Of a DNA stretch of 57,229 nucleotides, positions 47,571-56,137 are shown in pieces (positions within the stretch are counted from its first letter, which is position 1; each line of letters begins with the position of its first letter). The stretch spans positions 1 to 57,229 of the forward strand of contig JAQUBO010000001.1 of the NCBI GenBank assembly GCA_028686735.1, given 5' to 3'. This stretch comes from Bacteroidales bacterium (lineage in GTDB: Bacteria > Bacteroidota > Bacteroidia > Bacteroidales > ML635J-15). The notes under the pieces were generated by a model. It saw nothing but the letters and a program-made list of their open reading frames with translations. It did not search any database and had not been told where the DNA came from. Position numbers and translations under genes: made by a program.

Positions 47571-48191
47571 TTACTCTTCTTTTTTATCGTCTTTTTTTGC
47601 TGCTTTTGGCTTTTCAGTAGTAGATTTTGCCTCTGTTTTCTTAGCAGCAGGTTTTGCTTCTGTTTTCTTAGCAGCAGGTTTTGCTTCTGTTTTCTTAGCA
47701 GCAGGTTTTGCTTCTGTTTTCTTAGCAGCAGGTTTTGTCTCTGTTTTCTTAGCAGTAGGTTTTGTCTCTGTTTTCTTAGCAGTAGGTTTCGCCTCTGTTT
47801 TCTTAGCAGTAGATTTTGGTTTAGCTTCTTCAACTTTTTCCTCTTTAGTTTCGGCGTGTACAACTTGTACATCCTTAGACTCTTCAACTTTAGGTGCTTT
47901 AGCTTTATCTACTGGCTTAGTTTCTATAACAGTTTCAATTTCGGATAATATAGAAACAAACGATCTATTATTTCTTTTCTTTTGAAACTTAACAATCCCG
48001 TCTGTCAATGCAAAAAGAGTATGATCTTTACCCATTCCAACATTTTTACCAGGATGATGCGTTGTACCTCGCTGACGAACAATAATGTTTCCAGCTATAG
48101 CTTCCTGCCCACCATATATTTTAACTCCTAATCTTTTACTTTCGGATTCACGACCGTTACGCGAACTACCGGCTCCTTTCTTATGTGCCAT
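47571..48191 (-). CDS. rpmA: Ribosomal protein L27 with a ~115-aa K/A/E/T-rich repeat extension
   Basis: [29 protein letters not shown]...[18 protein letters not shown] is canonical L27 (about 90 aa). The ORF continues without a stop to 206 aa. Confidence 0.9.
   Translation of the reverse strand: MAHKKGAGSSRNGRESESKRLGVKIYGGQEAIAGNIIVRQRGTTHHPGKNVGMGKDHTLFALTDGIVKFQKKRNNRSFVSILSEIETVIETKPVDKAKAPKVEESKDVQVVHAETKEEKVEEAKPKSTAKKTEAKPTAKKTETKPTAKKTETKPAAKKTEAKPAAKKTEAKPAAKKTEAKPAAKKTEAKSTTEKPKAAKKDDKKEE
47614..47829. repeat. About 8 x 27-bp in-frame tandem repeat inside rpmA
   Basis: TTAGCAGCAGGTTTTGCTTCTGTTTTC and variants occur from 47614 with a 27-bp period, encoding AKKTE[AT]KP[AT]. Confidence 0.9.
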
Positions 48192-48208
48192 TTCTAAATA
48201 ATTTTATA

Positions 48209-48520
48209 TTATGCGTTGATATCCTGAATTTCAATCTCTGTGTATTTTTGACGATGTCCGTTCAAAGTTTGGTATCCTTTTCTTCTTTTCTTCTTAAAGA
48301 CCATTACTGTATCGCCCTTAACATGTTGCAAGACTTTCGCTGAAACATTAGCTTTTGCAACCAAAGGAGTGCCAACTGTAACTTTATCATCTTTATCGAT
48401 CAAAAGGACTTTGTCAAATTTTAATTCGCTACCCTCTTCGTCTTGTAAACGATTAACAAAAATCTTGTTCCCTTTTTCGACTTTAAATTGTTGTCCTGCT
48501 ATTTCTACTATTGCGTACAT
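48209..48520 (-). CDS. rplU: Ribosomal protein L21
   Basis: The track ORF extends to 48571. The Met at 48520 gives the canonical MYAIVEIAGQQFKVE start, and a promoter -7 box lies inside the extension. Confidence 0.9.
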   Translation of the reverse strand: MYAIVEIAGQQFKVEKGNKIFVNRLQDEEGSELKFDKVLLIDKDDKVTVGTPLVAKANVSAKVLQHVKGDTVMVFKKKRRKGYQTLNGHRQKYTEIEIQDINA

Positions 48521-48568
48521 TGTTATACTATTTATTTTATATGTATTATAATCAAAAATTTCGGACTG

Positions 48569-48599
48569 CAAATGTAGAAAACTTATTTTGAATTACAAA
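48569..48599 (-). promoter_or_regulatory. Bacteroidota sigma-A-type promoter for rplU-rpmA
   Basis: On the minus strand, TTTG (48599..48596) is followed by a 19-nt spacer and TACATTTG (48576..48569). Confidence 0.45.
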
Positions 48600-48665
48600 A
48601 GAAAAATATTTATTTTTTAAATTATCTTCCAATTATACTATTTTTTTCAATTCACAGTTATATAT

Positions 48666-49427
48666 TTGTACAAAATTATAATTATAAAATTGAAAACACG
48701 AATATTTATATCGATTTTTTTGTTTGGATTTATAGCATCTTCCATTGGTCAAAAACAAACACCCATGAATTTACCAAAATTGGACAACCAGCTTGCTCAT
48801 TTTGGCTATTCGCTTGGATTAAACACAATGGATTTTGTAATAAGACCAGCCGATAATTTTTATACGGGTTTTGATTCGATTTATGCCGTTGAGATTGGCA
48901 GATTTGTAGGCTTTAACATAAATATGATTTCAAATTTAAGATTAACAAATTACTTAGATTTACGATTTTTACCTGGATTAACTTTTGGACAACGAGACCT
49001 AAATTATAAGTATGTAAAAAAAGGAGAATATCGTCGGCATACAATGATGATAGAGTCAACTTTCCTCGATTTCCCAGTGATGCTAAAATATCGAGCACAT
49101 CGAATAAACAACTGGCGTCCGTTTTTAATAGGAGGCGTGAACGCTCGCATTGATCTTGCCTCACAAAAAAAGATAAAACCTGAAGATAGACCAAAAATAC
49201 GACTACGAAGATTTGATGCATATTATGAAATAGGCGTTGGTACTGATTTCTTTCTTGAATATTTTATGTTCGGAATTGAACTTAAAGCATCATGGGGGGC
49301 ATTTAATATAATTGCGTATGACGACACTCAATTTAGTCAATATTTTAAAAGACTCAATTCTCACATGTTAATTTTGTCATTCCATTTTGAGGGTGGCAAA
49401 TTAGATAAAATTAAATGGTGGGAGTAA
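48666..49427 (+). CDS. Outer-membrane beta-barrel protein, PorT/SprT-like
   Basis: 253 aa. TTG start, with an alternative TTG at 48690. LPKLDNQLAHFGYSLGLNTMDF resembles the PorT-family N-terminus. The sequence has alternating strands. This call is tentative. Confidence 0.45.
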   Translation: MYKIIIIKLKTRIFISIFLFGFIASSIGQKQTPMNLPKLDNQLAHFGYSLGLNTMDFVIRPADNFYTGFDSIYAVEIGRFVGFNINMISNLRLTNYLDLRFLPGLTFGQRDLNYKYVKKGEYRRHTMMIESTFLDFPVMLKYRAHRINNWRPFLIGGVNARIDLASQKKIKPEDRPKIRLRRFDAYYEIGVGTDFFLEYFMFGIELKASWGAFNIIAYDDTQFSQYFKRLNSHMLILSFHFEGGKLDKIKWWE

Positions 49428-49431
49428 TTAT

Positions 49432-50988
49432 ATGAACAAAAAACTTGACTTTATTTTTTCGCCAGAACAAAGCTTTAATAAAAAGTATATTTTAACAGCA
49501 ATTGCTGAAAAACTTAATGTTCAAATCGAGGATATCAAAGATTATAGAGTTCTTAGACGGTCTATTGATGCACGAAAATCTGTAAAATATAATCTTAGAC
49601 TAGAAATTATCTTTGAAGGAGAAGAGTTTTCAGACGAAAAAGTAGAATTCGATTTTAAAAATGTTAACAATTCACATCAAGTTATTATTGTTGGTGCAGG
49701 ACCAGCAGGATATTTTGCTGCTCTAAATTGCTTGCAAAAAGGGATAAAACCAATTGTAATTGAGCGTGGAAAAACAATTGATGAAAGAAAACAAGATATC
49801 GCTTTAATAAACGATGAACAATTCCTAAACCCAGAATCCAATTATGCATTTGGAGAAGGTGGAGCAGGCACATATTCTGACGGAAAATTATATGTCCGAA
49901 ATAAAAAACGAGGCGATAACTTAAAAGTATTACAACTCCTGAGCTACTTTGGGGCTCCAAACAATATTATTATCGATGCTAATCCGCATATTGGAGGAGA
50001 TAAACTGCCTGCAATAATGAAAAATATTAGAGCAAAAATTATTGATTGTGGCGGAGAGGTACATTTTAATACTAAAATTGTTGATTTTATAGTAAAAAAT
50101 AATTCAATAAAATCACTTATTTGTGAAAATGGAAAAGAATTTATTACAAATAATGTAATACTTGCAACAGGACAATCGGCAAGAGATATTTATGAAATCT
50201 TACAGAATCGAAATGTTAGCTTTCAAGAAAAAAGTTTTGCAATGGGTGTTAGAATTGAACATCCGCAAGTATTAATTGACAGTATCCAATATAAACGGAA
50301 AGAAAGAGGCGATTTTTTACCTGCTGCAACTTACAATCTAGCTACACAAATAGAAAAACGATACGTAAACTCTTTTTGCATGTGTCCAGGAGGAACCATA
50401 GTAAATGCTTCGACAAATGCAAACCAAATAGTTGTTAATGGGACATCTGAATCATCAAGAAATTCGCCGTATGCAAACTCTGGAATAGTTGTAGAATTAC
50501 GTCCTGAAGATTTTGCAAACTATTCAGAAAACAAAAAACTATCTGGTTTAGAATTTCAAAAGACTCTTGAACAGATGACATATCAAAATAGTGCATCTGG
50601 ATTACGAGCACCTGCACAAAGACTTAGCGATTTTGTAAAAGGCAGAATATCTCATGGGCTTCCCAAAAACTCATATTACCCAGGATTGATAAATAGTCCT
50701 GTACATTTTTGGCTACCTGAAATAATCAGTTCAAAACTAAAAATAGCTTTTAAGGAATTTGATAAACGAATGAAAGGATTTGTTACAAACGAAGCTATTA
50801 TTGTTGGGGTAGAATCCAGAGTAAGCAGCCCTATTCAAATTATCAGAGACAAAGAAACTCTCGAAAGCGTTAGTCTTAAAGGACTTTACCCTTGCGGCGA
50901 AGGAGCTGGATATACTGGAGGTATTGTGAGTTCTGCAATAGATGGTATGCAAGTTGTAAAAAGCATTGCAGCAAAACTTAATACATAA
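49432..50988 (+). CDS. FAD-dependent oxidoreductase (COG2509-like)
   Basis: 518 aa. VIIVGAGPAGYFAA dinucleotide-binding motif and a C-terminal CGEGAGYTGGIVSSAIDG. Confidence 0.75.
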   Translation: MNKKLDFIFSPEQSFNKKYILTAIAEKLNVQIEDIKDYRVLRRSIDARKSVKYNLRLEIIFEGEEFSDEKVEFDFKNVNNSHQVIIVGAGPAGYFAALNCLQKGIKPIVIERGKTIDERKQDIALINDEQFLNPESNYAFGEGGAGTYSDGKLYVRNKKRGDNLKVLQLLSYFGAPNNIIIDANPHIGGDKLPAIMKNIRAKIIDCGGEVHFNTKIVDFIVKNNSIKSLICENGKEFITNNVILATGQSARDIYEILQNRNVSFQEKSFAMGVRIEHPQVLIDSIQYKRKERGDFLPAATYNLATQIEKRYVNSFCMCPGGTIVNASTNANQIVVNGTSESSRNSPYANSGIVVELRPEDFANYSENKKLSGLEFQKTLEQMTYQNSASGLRAPAQRLSDFVKGRISHGLPKNSYYPGLINSPVHFWLPEIISSKLKIAFKEFDKRMKGFVTNEAIIVGVESRVSSPIQIIRDKETLESVSLKGLYPCGEGAGYTGGIVSSAIDGMQVVKSIAAKLNT

Positions 50989-51012
50989 ACAACCCACAGG
51001 CAATAATACAAG

Positions 51013-51612
51013 TTATGGGCTTTTTTCTTTTACAATTATCTTAATTAATTTTGCTTTAAAACCTGCAATAATCTCTTCACTAAAAAGCTTAGGCTCAAAA
51101 ACATATTGCATCGAAAATCCTTTAAATAAAGAAAAAAACAAAACCATCTCTACTTCTGGATTTTCAAATCTTTCGGCAAAGTATTTATAAATTAATTGCT
51201 TACTTTTAATAGCTTTTTCACTTTGATTTTGCTGAGCCAAATAATCCAAAACATCCTTTTGCATAGATATTTGATAAAATAATTTCCATTGTTCAGCCTG
51301 TTCTTTAAGCGACTCAAATAATAATGTAAAAAAATCTCTCATTTCCAGACTTGTAATCTCATCATCATGATCTGGGTTCATCATATCCATTATATTTGTC
51401 GTTATCTCATCTGTAATAACATATAATAGAGCCTCTTTACTCTCAAAATAATTGTACATCAAACCTTTTGAGATTCCAGCTCGCTTAGCAATCATACTTA
51501 TTGATGTAGCATGATACCCTTTGTTCGCAAACAATACAAGAGCAGCATCAATAATTTGTTTCCTTTTATCGGCTCGTATATTCTCAAATTGCTTTGCTGT
51601 TCGTGGACACAT
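51013..51612 (-). CDS. TetR/AcrR-family transcriptional regulator
   Basis: 199 aa. HTH GYHATSISMIAKRAGISKGLMYNYFESKEAL. Confidence 0.85.
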   Translation of the reverse strand: MCPRTAKQFENIRADKRKQIIDAALVLFANKGYHATSISMIAKRAGISKGLMYNYFESKEALLYVITDEITTNIMDMMNPDHDDEITSLEMRDFFTLLFESLKEQAEQWKLFYQISMQKDVLDYLAQQNQSEKAIKSKQLIYKYFAERFENPEVEMVLFFSLFKGFSMQYVFEPKLFSEEIIAGFKAKLIKIIVKEKSP

Positions 51613-51767
51613 AATTCAAACCTATTGACTAAACGTTTGGTCAAATATAATACATTAATTCTCAGAATACAAAACTTAATTATTTTAACTAGCTTTATAA
51701 CATGATAAATATTTTTTTTTAGTTTTGCGAAAAATCTTAGATTTGTGCATAATAAAATTTTAAATCC

Positions 51768-52745
51768 ATGACAGATATAAAAAGAATACTAGTAATTGGT
51801 GCTGGGGGACAAATTGGCTCGGAACTAGTTGTTAAGCTTAGAGGTATTTACGGAAATGATAACATCGTTTCAGCAGATTTAAAGGATGAAGTTTGTCCTA
51901 TCCTTACCGAAACTGGATTATACGAACAACTCAACATCACTGATGCTAAGCGTTTGGCAGACATCGTTAAAAAGCATAAAATTGATGCAATTGTAAATTT
52001 CGCAGCAGTTTTATCTGCTGTAGGTGAGTGTTACCCTATGCGTGCGTGGGACGTAAACATTAATGGTTTTATAAATGTTATGGAGGTAGCACGTGAACTA
52101 AAATTAAAGCAGGTTTTAACTCCAAGTTCAATCGCAGCTTTTGGTCCTTCTACTCCTCGCGAAAACACTCCGCAAGAAACAGTTTTGAGACCAACAACTA
52201 TGTATGGTATTACTAAAGTTAGCGGAGAGCTATTAGCAGATTATTACGTGCAAAAATATGGACTTGATGTTAGAGGATTAAGATACCCTGGCATAGTCAG
52301 TCATGAAACAATGCCTGGTGGCGGAACTACTGATTATGCAGTGGCAATATATTTTGATGCAATTCAAAAAGGTAAATATACCTGCTTTGTTAACGAAGAC
52401 ACACGTTTGCCAATGATGTATATGCCCGATTGTCTTAAAGCCACAACTGATCTTATGCAAGCAGATTTCTCAAAATTAAAGCATCATGGTGATTTTAATG
52501 TTGGAGCGATGAGTTTCTCAGTCAAAGAATTGGCAGACGCCGTTGCGAAACGAGTTCCAGGTTTTGAAATTGAGTATAAACCAGATTATCGACAAGAAAT
52601 TGCCAATTCCTGGCCAATATCTGTGGATGATAGCGCCGCTCGACAAGAATGGGGCTGGAAACCTCAATATAATCTCGAAACAATGTCGGATGATATGATT
52701 AGAGCCATCAAAAAGAAAATAGAAAACAATAAGCTTAGTTGCTAA
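51768..52745 (+). CDS. tdh: L-threonine 3-dehydrogenase, SDR/epimerase type
   Basis: 325 aa. ILVIGAGGQIGSELVVKLRGIYGNDNIVSADL and YGITK catalytic motif. A TAGATTTG box lies at 51738..51745. Confidence 0.75.
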   Translation: MTDIKRILVIGAGGQIGSELVVKLRGIYGNDNIVSADLKDEVCPILTETGLYEQLNITDAKRLADIVKKHKIDAIVNFAAVLSAVGECYPMRAWDVNINGFINVMEVARELKLKQVLTPSSIAAFGPSTPRENTPQETVLRPTTMYGITKVSGELLADYYVQKYGLDVRGLRYPGIVSHETMPGGGTTDYAVAIYFDAIQKGKYTCFVNEDTRLPMMYMPDCLKATTDLMQADFSKLKHHGDFNVGAMSFSVKELADAVAKRVPGFEIEYKPDYRQEIANSWPISVDDSAARQEWGWKPQYNLETMSDDMIRAIKKKIENNKLSC

Positions 52746-54503
52746 CTAATTGATTATTACTAATTTTTTGGTGATAGATTCGTTATCAATATCTAGTTTG
52801 ATTGTATATATACCATTTGGCAGAAAACTAAAGTCAAATTCTTTATTTTGATTTACTTCTGTCTCAAAAACTTTGGTAGAATTATTATTGTAAATACTCA
52901 ATTTGCATAAGCGTTTATCAGACAACTGAATTGTAACCATCCCACTTGATGGATTTGGAAAAATGCTTGCGGTAATATAATTGTTTACTAAATTCTCAGT
53001 AATATCAACAGGATATGAATAAATTTTGTAAGGATTTTCCCAACTTGTTGAAGTCGCATTGCCAATAAGTTTTACATATATTTCATTGTCAGTTTCAGGA
53101 ATATTAACAAATGTCGTATCTACAATACTAGTAATATCTTTAGATAATAATAGATTCTCATTAAAATCATAAAATTCAATTGTGTTAACACCGGAGTCTT
53201 CGCCATTGTAAACAAAAGCAATTGTATTATTTTCTTCACAATGCAATTTAAATATATCTTCGTCTATGCTATCCCAGTCTTGTTGGTAGGTAACGTATCC
53301 AATAGTTTCCTGATTTAATTTTAATCCGTAAGCTAACGAAAATGTATTAGGCTCATCCATACCTCGTATTACGGTAGATGGCTCTTTTGGCACGCTTGTG
53401 TGAAACTGGTTTGTAAGTATTGTGTCAGTAATCCCAAAGGGAACGGGATTGTAGTTCTCATCGTAAAGCCATTGTCTATCAATTGCTACAGCACCATCAC
53501 CAACTAGCCCAACATCCCAGCCAATCCAAATAGATGTTACATAAGTGTATTTTATGTTTTCAGGTAATGGCATATCAGGATTATATGAAAAACTTTCAGG
53601 ACTTTCATTTATACCAATAATGTCGTCTGTTTCGCTACCGTTACAATTAACATCTACATTTTTAAAGGTACTATTCCCCAAAAGACCACCTTCACCTTTA
53701 ATACAATTCTCGTTCCCTCCAAACAAGTAAATACCTTGTGGATACCCTTCGCAGAAAGTATAATTATCATATTCATAAAGCAAATCTCTGTTTGCCTCGG
53801 TAGTACCCATTGCATTTGGAGTTGAAGATTTGGTGGGGTCAGGAGAAGTATTAGACCCAAGATGTGGTGTTCCAACAGTAATAACACGAGCAACTTTATG
53901 TCCATCTTCAGTAGTAGGATCAATCCAGTTTACATGAACATTATTTTCATCTGTCCGTTGAAGGTATTCGCGTATGCACAAACCTCCCATTGAATGCCCT
54001 ACTAAAATAACTTTTTCAGCACCAGTATAATTAAGCACTTCCTGTATCATTTTATTTAGTGCATATCCCTGCTTAAAAATTGCAGACTCATTACTTTGAT
54101 CAAAATAATCACCAAAAAAACCATTAGCACCTTCAATGTTTTCTTCCTTAAAATTTAAAGCAAAAAGATTTGAGTCTGTCCATTCATGCACATAATCGTC
54201 AATACTGCTAACAAAATTCCTACGTCCTAGTTTTATTTCTGTATCATCATAAATAAAATTTTCCCATTTAACATCTTCTGACATCAATGCAATTTCAGTA
54301 TTATCATCAGCATTTAAAACAATATCAAACACATTTATTTCGCCAAGATTATCATGATCGCGTAGATACTCTAATGTTTCACCAAAAGTATTTTCACTAC
54401 CAGCTAATCCATGAACAAATATAATAGGATATGGAAGTTTGTTTTGTGAATATATGTTAATTACCAGACACAAGAGAACAAATATGACCAAATACTTTTT
54501 CAT
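52746..54503 (-). CDS. Secreted alpha/beta-hydrolase lipase/esterase with a T9SS type-A C-terminal domain
   Basis: 585 aa. PIIFVHGLAGS, nucleophile elbow GHSMGG. C-terminal domain IFPNPSSGMVTIQL...GIYTIKLDIDNESITKKLVIIN. Confidence 0.75.
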   Translation of the reverse strand: MKKYLVIFVLLCLVINIYSQNKLPYPIIFVHGLAGSENTFGETLEYLRDHDNLGEINVFDIVLNADDNTEIALMSEDVKWENFIYDDTEIKLGRRNFVSSIDDYVHEWTDSNLFALNFKEENIEGANGFFGDYFDQSNESAIFKQGYALNKMIQEVLNYTGAEKVILVGHSMGGLCIREYLQRTDENNVHVNWIDPTTEDGHKVARVITVGTPHLGSNTSPDPTKSSTPNAMGTTEANRDLLYEYDNYTFCEGYPQGIYLFGGNENCIKGEGGLLGNSTFKNVDVNCNGSETDDIIGINESPESFSYNPDMPLPENIKYTYVTSIWIGWDVGLVGDGAVAIDRQWLYDENYNPVPFGITDTILTNQFHTSVPKEPSTVIRGMDEPNTFSLAYGLKLNQETIGYVTYQQDWDSIDEDIFKLHCEENNTIAFVYNGEDSGVNTIEFYDFNENLLLSKDITSIVDTTFVNIPETDNEIYVKLIGNATSTSWENPYKIYSYPVDITENLVNNYITASIFPNPSSGMVTIQLSDKRLCKLSIYNNNSTKVFETEVNQNKEFDFSFLPNGIYTIKLDIDNESITKKLVIIN

Positions 54504-54942
54504 GCTACATTCTAATTAAATACTTTAACAAAAATATCATTTTTGTTCAATTGTCCTGATTAAGACAGTTCACTTTATACAAACCAACACTAATACAAAC
54601 ACTATGCAGTCTTTTGATATACATAAACTTTAAAAATCTACATACTTCAATCATAATATAGCTTTCAATTACTCGCACAGTCTGGCTTTTGTCACAGTCT
54701 GGTTTTCGACTTACTCGAAAGCCAATAACTTGTGAGTAAAGGTTTTATTTAATTATCTAATTAGTCTTTGCAAGAACCGAGTTTACGAGCTCAGCGTAGC
54801 TAAAACGTCAAATTACTCATAAATATTTATACACTTTATGGGTATTCGTGAATCGCTACGCTTATTTCTGTGTTACACTAATTAGTAATAATTATTTTAC
54901 TGCAAATAAAAAATACTCTATATTTACAAAAAATAAAACATT

Positions 54943-55398
54943 ATGGTAGTTAACAATAAGATTGACAATACATTTGGACCAATTGGAGTTTTCGCAGGAA
55001 TAGTAATTCTTCTACTTGGCATTTACTCATGTTTTTACAATTGGATTGGATTAACAAGCGTGATTGTCGGTTGCTTTTTAGCTTTTTCAAGTACAAACAC
55101 ACAAATAGATTTTTCAAACAAACGTGTCAAATTCTCAAATAATATTTTTGGCTTATTAAAAATTGGTTATTGGACAGATATTAAACCCGAGATGAGTTTA
55201 ACAATTCATAAAACTCCCAGTAAGCACAAAGCTAGCCTCCAGGCTAACGAAACTCAAAACCAAACAGTTAAAGACTATAGGATAATGCTTATAGACGAAA
55301 AAGGGGTGCCAATTTTGGCACTTAAAAAATTTCGCGATAAAATAAAAGCCGAAACTTCATTAAAAGAATTAGCTGAAAAATTGAATATAAAAACATAA
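54943..55398 (+). CDS. Hypothetical small membrane protein
   Basis: 151 aa with two N-terminal transmembrane segments. No family recognised. Confidence 0.4.
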   Translation: MVVNNKIDNTFGPIGVFAGIVILLLGIYSCFYNWIGLTSVIVGCFLAFSSTNTQIDFSNKRVKFSNNIFGLLKIGYWTDIKPEMSLTIHKTPSKHKASLQANETQNQTVKDYRIMLIDEKGVPILALKKFRDKIKAETSLKELAEKLNIKT

Positions 55399-55412
55399 AA
55401 CAAAATATTTAT

Positions 55413-55443
55413 TTTGAATATTTAAAATAAATATATATTTTTG
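55413..55443 (+). promoter_or_regulatory. Bacteroidota sigma-A-type promoter for the tRNA
   Basis: TTTG (55413..55416) is followed by a 19-nt spacer and TATTTTTG (55436..55443). It ends 22 nt before the tRNA 5' end. Confidence 0.5.
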
Positions 55444-55465
55444 CAGTCTTGTTTTTTAAACAATG

Positions 55466-55539
55466 GGTCTCATAGCTCAGTTGGTTAGAGCACCTGACTC
55501 ATAATCAGGGGGTCCTAGGATCATGCCCTAGTGGGACCA
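55466..55539 (+). tRNA. tRNA with CAT anticodon (elongator Met or lysidine-dependent Ile2); no encoded CCA
   Basis: Hand-folded cloverleaf. Acceptor GGTCTCA/TGGGACC, D arm GCTC-AGTTGGTTA-GAGC, anticodon arm CCTGA-CTCATAA-TCAGG, variable loop GGGTC, T arm CTAGG-ATCATGC-CCTAG, discriminator A. It lacks initiator hallmarks. Confidence 0.8.
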
Positions 55540-55545
55540 CAGAAA

Positions 55546-55576
55546 AAAAGCTTTCAAGAAATTGAGAGCTTTTTTG
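55546..55576 (+). terminator. Intrinsic terminator after the tRNA
   Basis: GCTTTCAA (55550..55557) pairs with TTGAGAGC (55562..55569) with one G-U pair, followed by TTTTTT. Confidence 0.7.
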
Positions 55577-55666
55577 TGTTATTATTCTCAACTAACTACT
55601 CTTACACCAAATTATTACCTGTGATACGGGATTAGTAGATAATAGTGGTAAGAATAATATTTACGC

Positions 55667-56119
55667 TTAAAATCTGCCAATATCTTGTTTATGGTTTACT
55701 TTTATTCGTTTAAAAACGCCAAATTTTGCAACGGTAACTGTGCCTTTAATTTCGAGCCCAGGCTTACGTCCTTTTAGTTCGCCAACAAGATATAAAACAT
55801 TTGTTAAAGCTTCTTTTGGACTTATCTCAAATGAAACTGGATATATATCTTTTGAGTTTGCAGGAATTTTTACCTTATCAAGTTTTTTGATTTTTCCAAC
55901 ATCTCTGCCATTCACTAACAAATCTAAATTTGCATTTTTAATTTTAAAAGAAAAATTATTTGGATTTTCAATAGGTATAAAAACCTTTAATTTTATGGCT
56001 TTTAAATTTAACTCCTCGGCTTCGACACCACTTGGATTACTTATAACAACATTTTGTACCGAACAAGATGCTAAGCCTAAAAATAGTGTTAAAACAATTA
56101 TTGAAAGATATTTTTTCAT
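55667..56119 (-). CDS. LEA_2/NDR1-HIN1-like lipoprotein
   Basis: 150 aa. Lipobox LASC. LKVFIPIENPNNFSFKIKNANLDLLVNGRDVGK is typical of the LEA type-2 fold. Confidence 0.55.
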   Translation of the reverse strand: MKKYLSIIVLTLFLGLASCSVQNVVISNPSGVEAEELNLKAIKLKVFIPIENPNNFSFKIKNANLDLLVNGRDVGKIKKLDKVKIPANSKDIYPVSFEISPKEALTNVLYLVGELKGRKPGLEIKGTVTVAKFGVFKRIKVNHKQDIGRF

Positions 56120-56137
56120 TTTTTTAGATTAGGAAAC

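Noticed and set aside
47462-47887. A 141-aa ORF with LLLRKQ(R/K)QN repeats.
   Set aside because: It is antisense to the rpmA repeat tract. Its periodic sequence mirrors the 27-bp repeat. The sense strand carries a bona fide L27 core.
48521-48571. A 17-aa N-terminal extension of L21 (MQSEIFDYNTYKINSIT).
   Set aside because: Canonical L21 begins MYAIVE. In addition, a good -7 box (48569..48576) with a -33 TTTG at 19-nt spacing lies at the 5' end of the extension, spanning its start codon, so transcription probably starts inside the extension.
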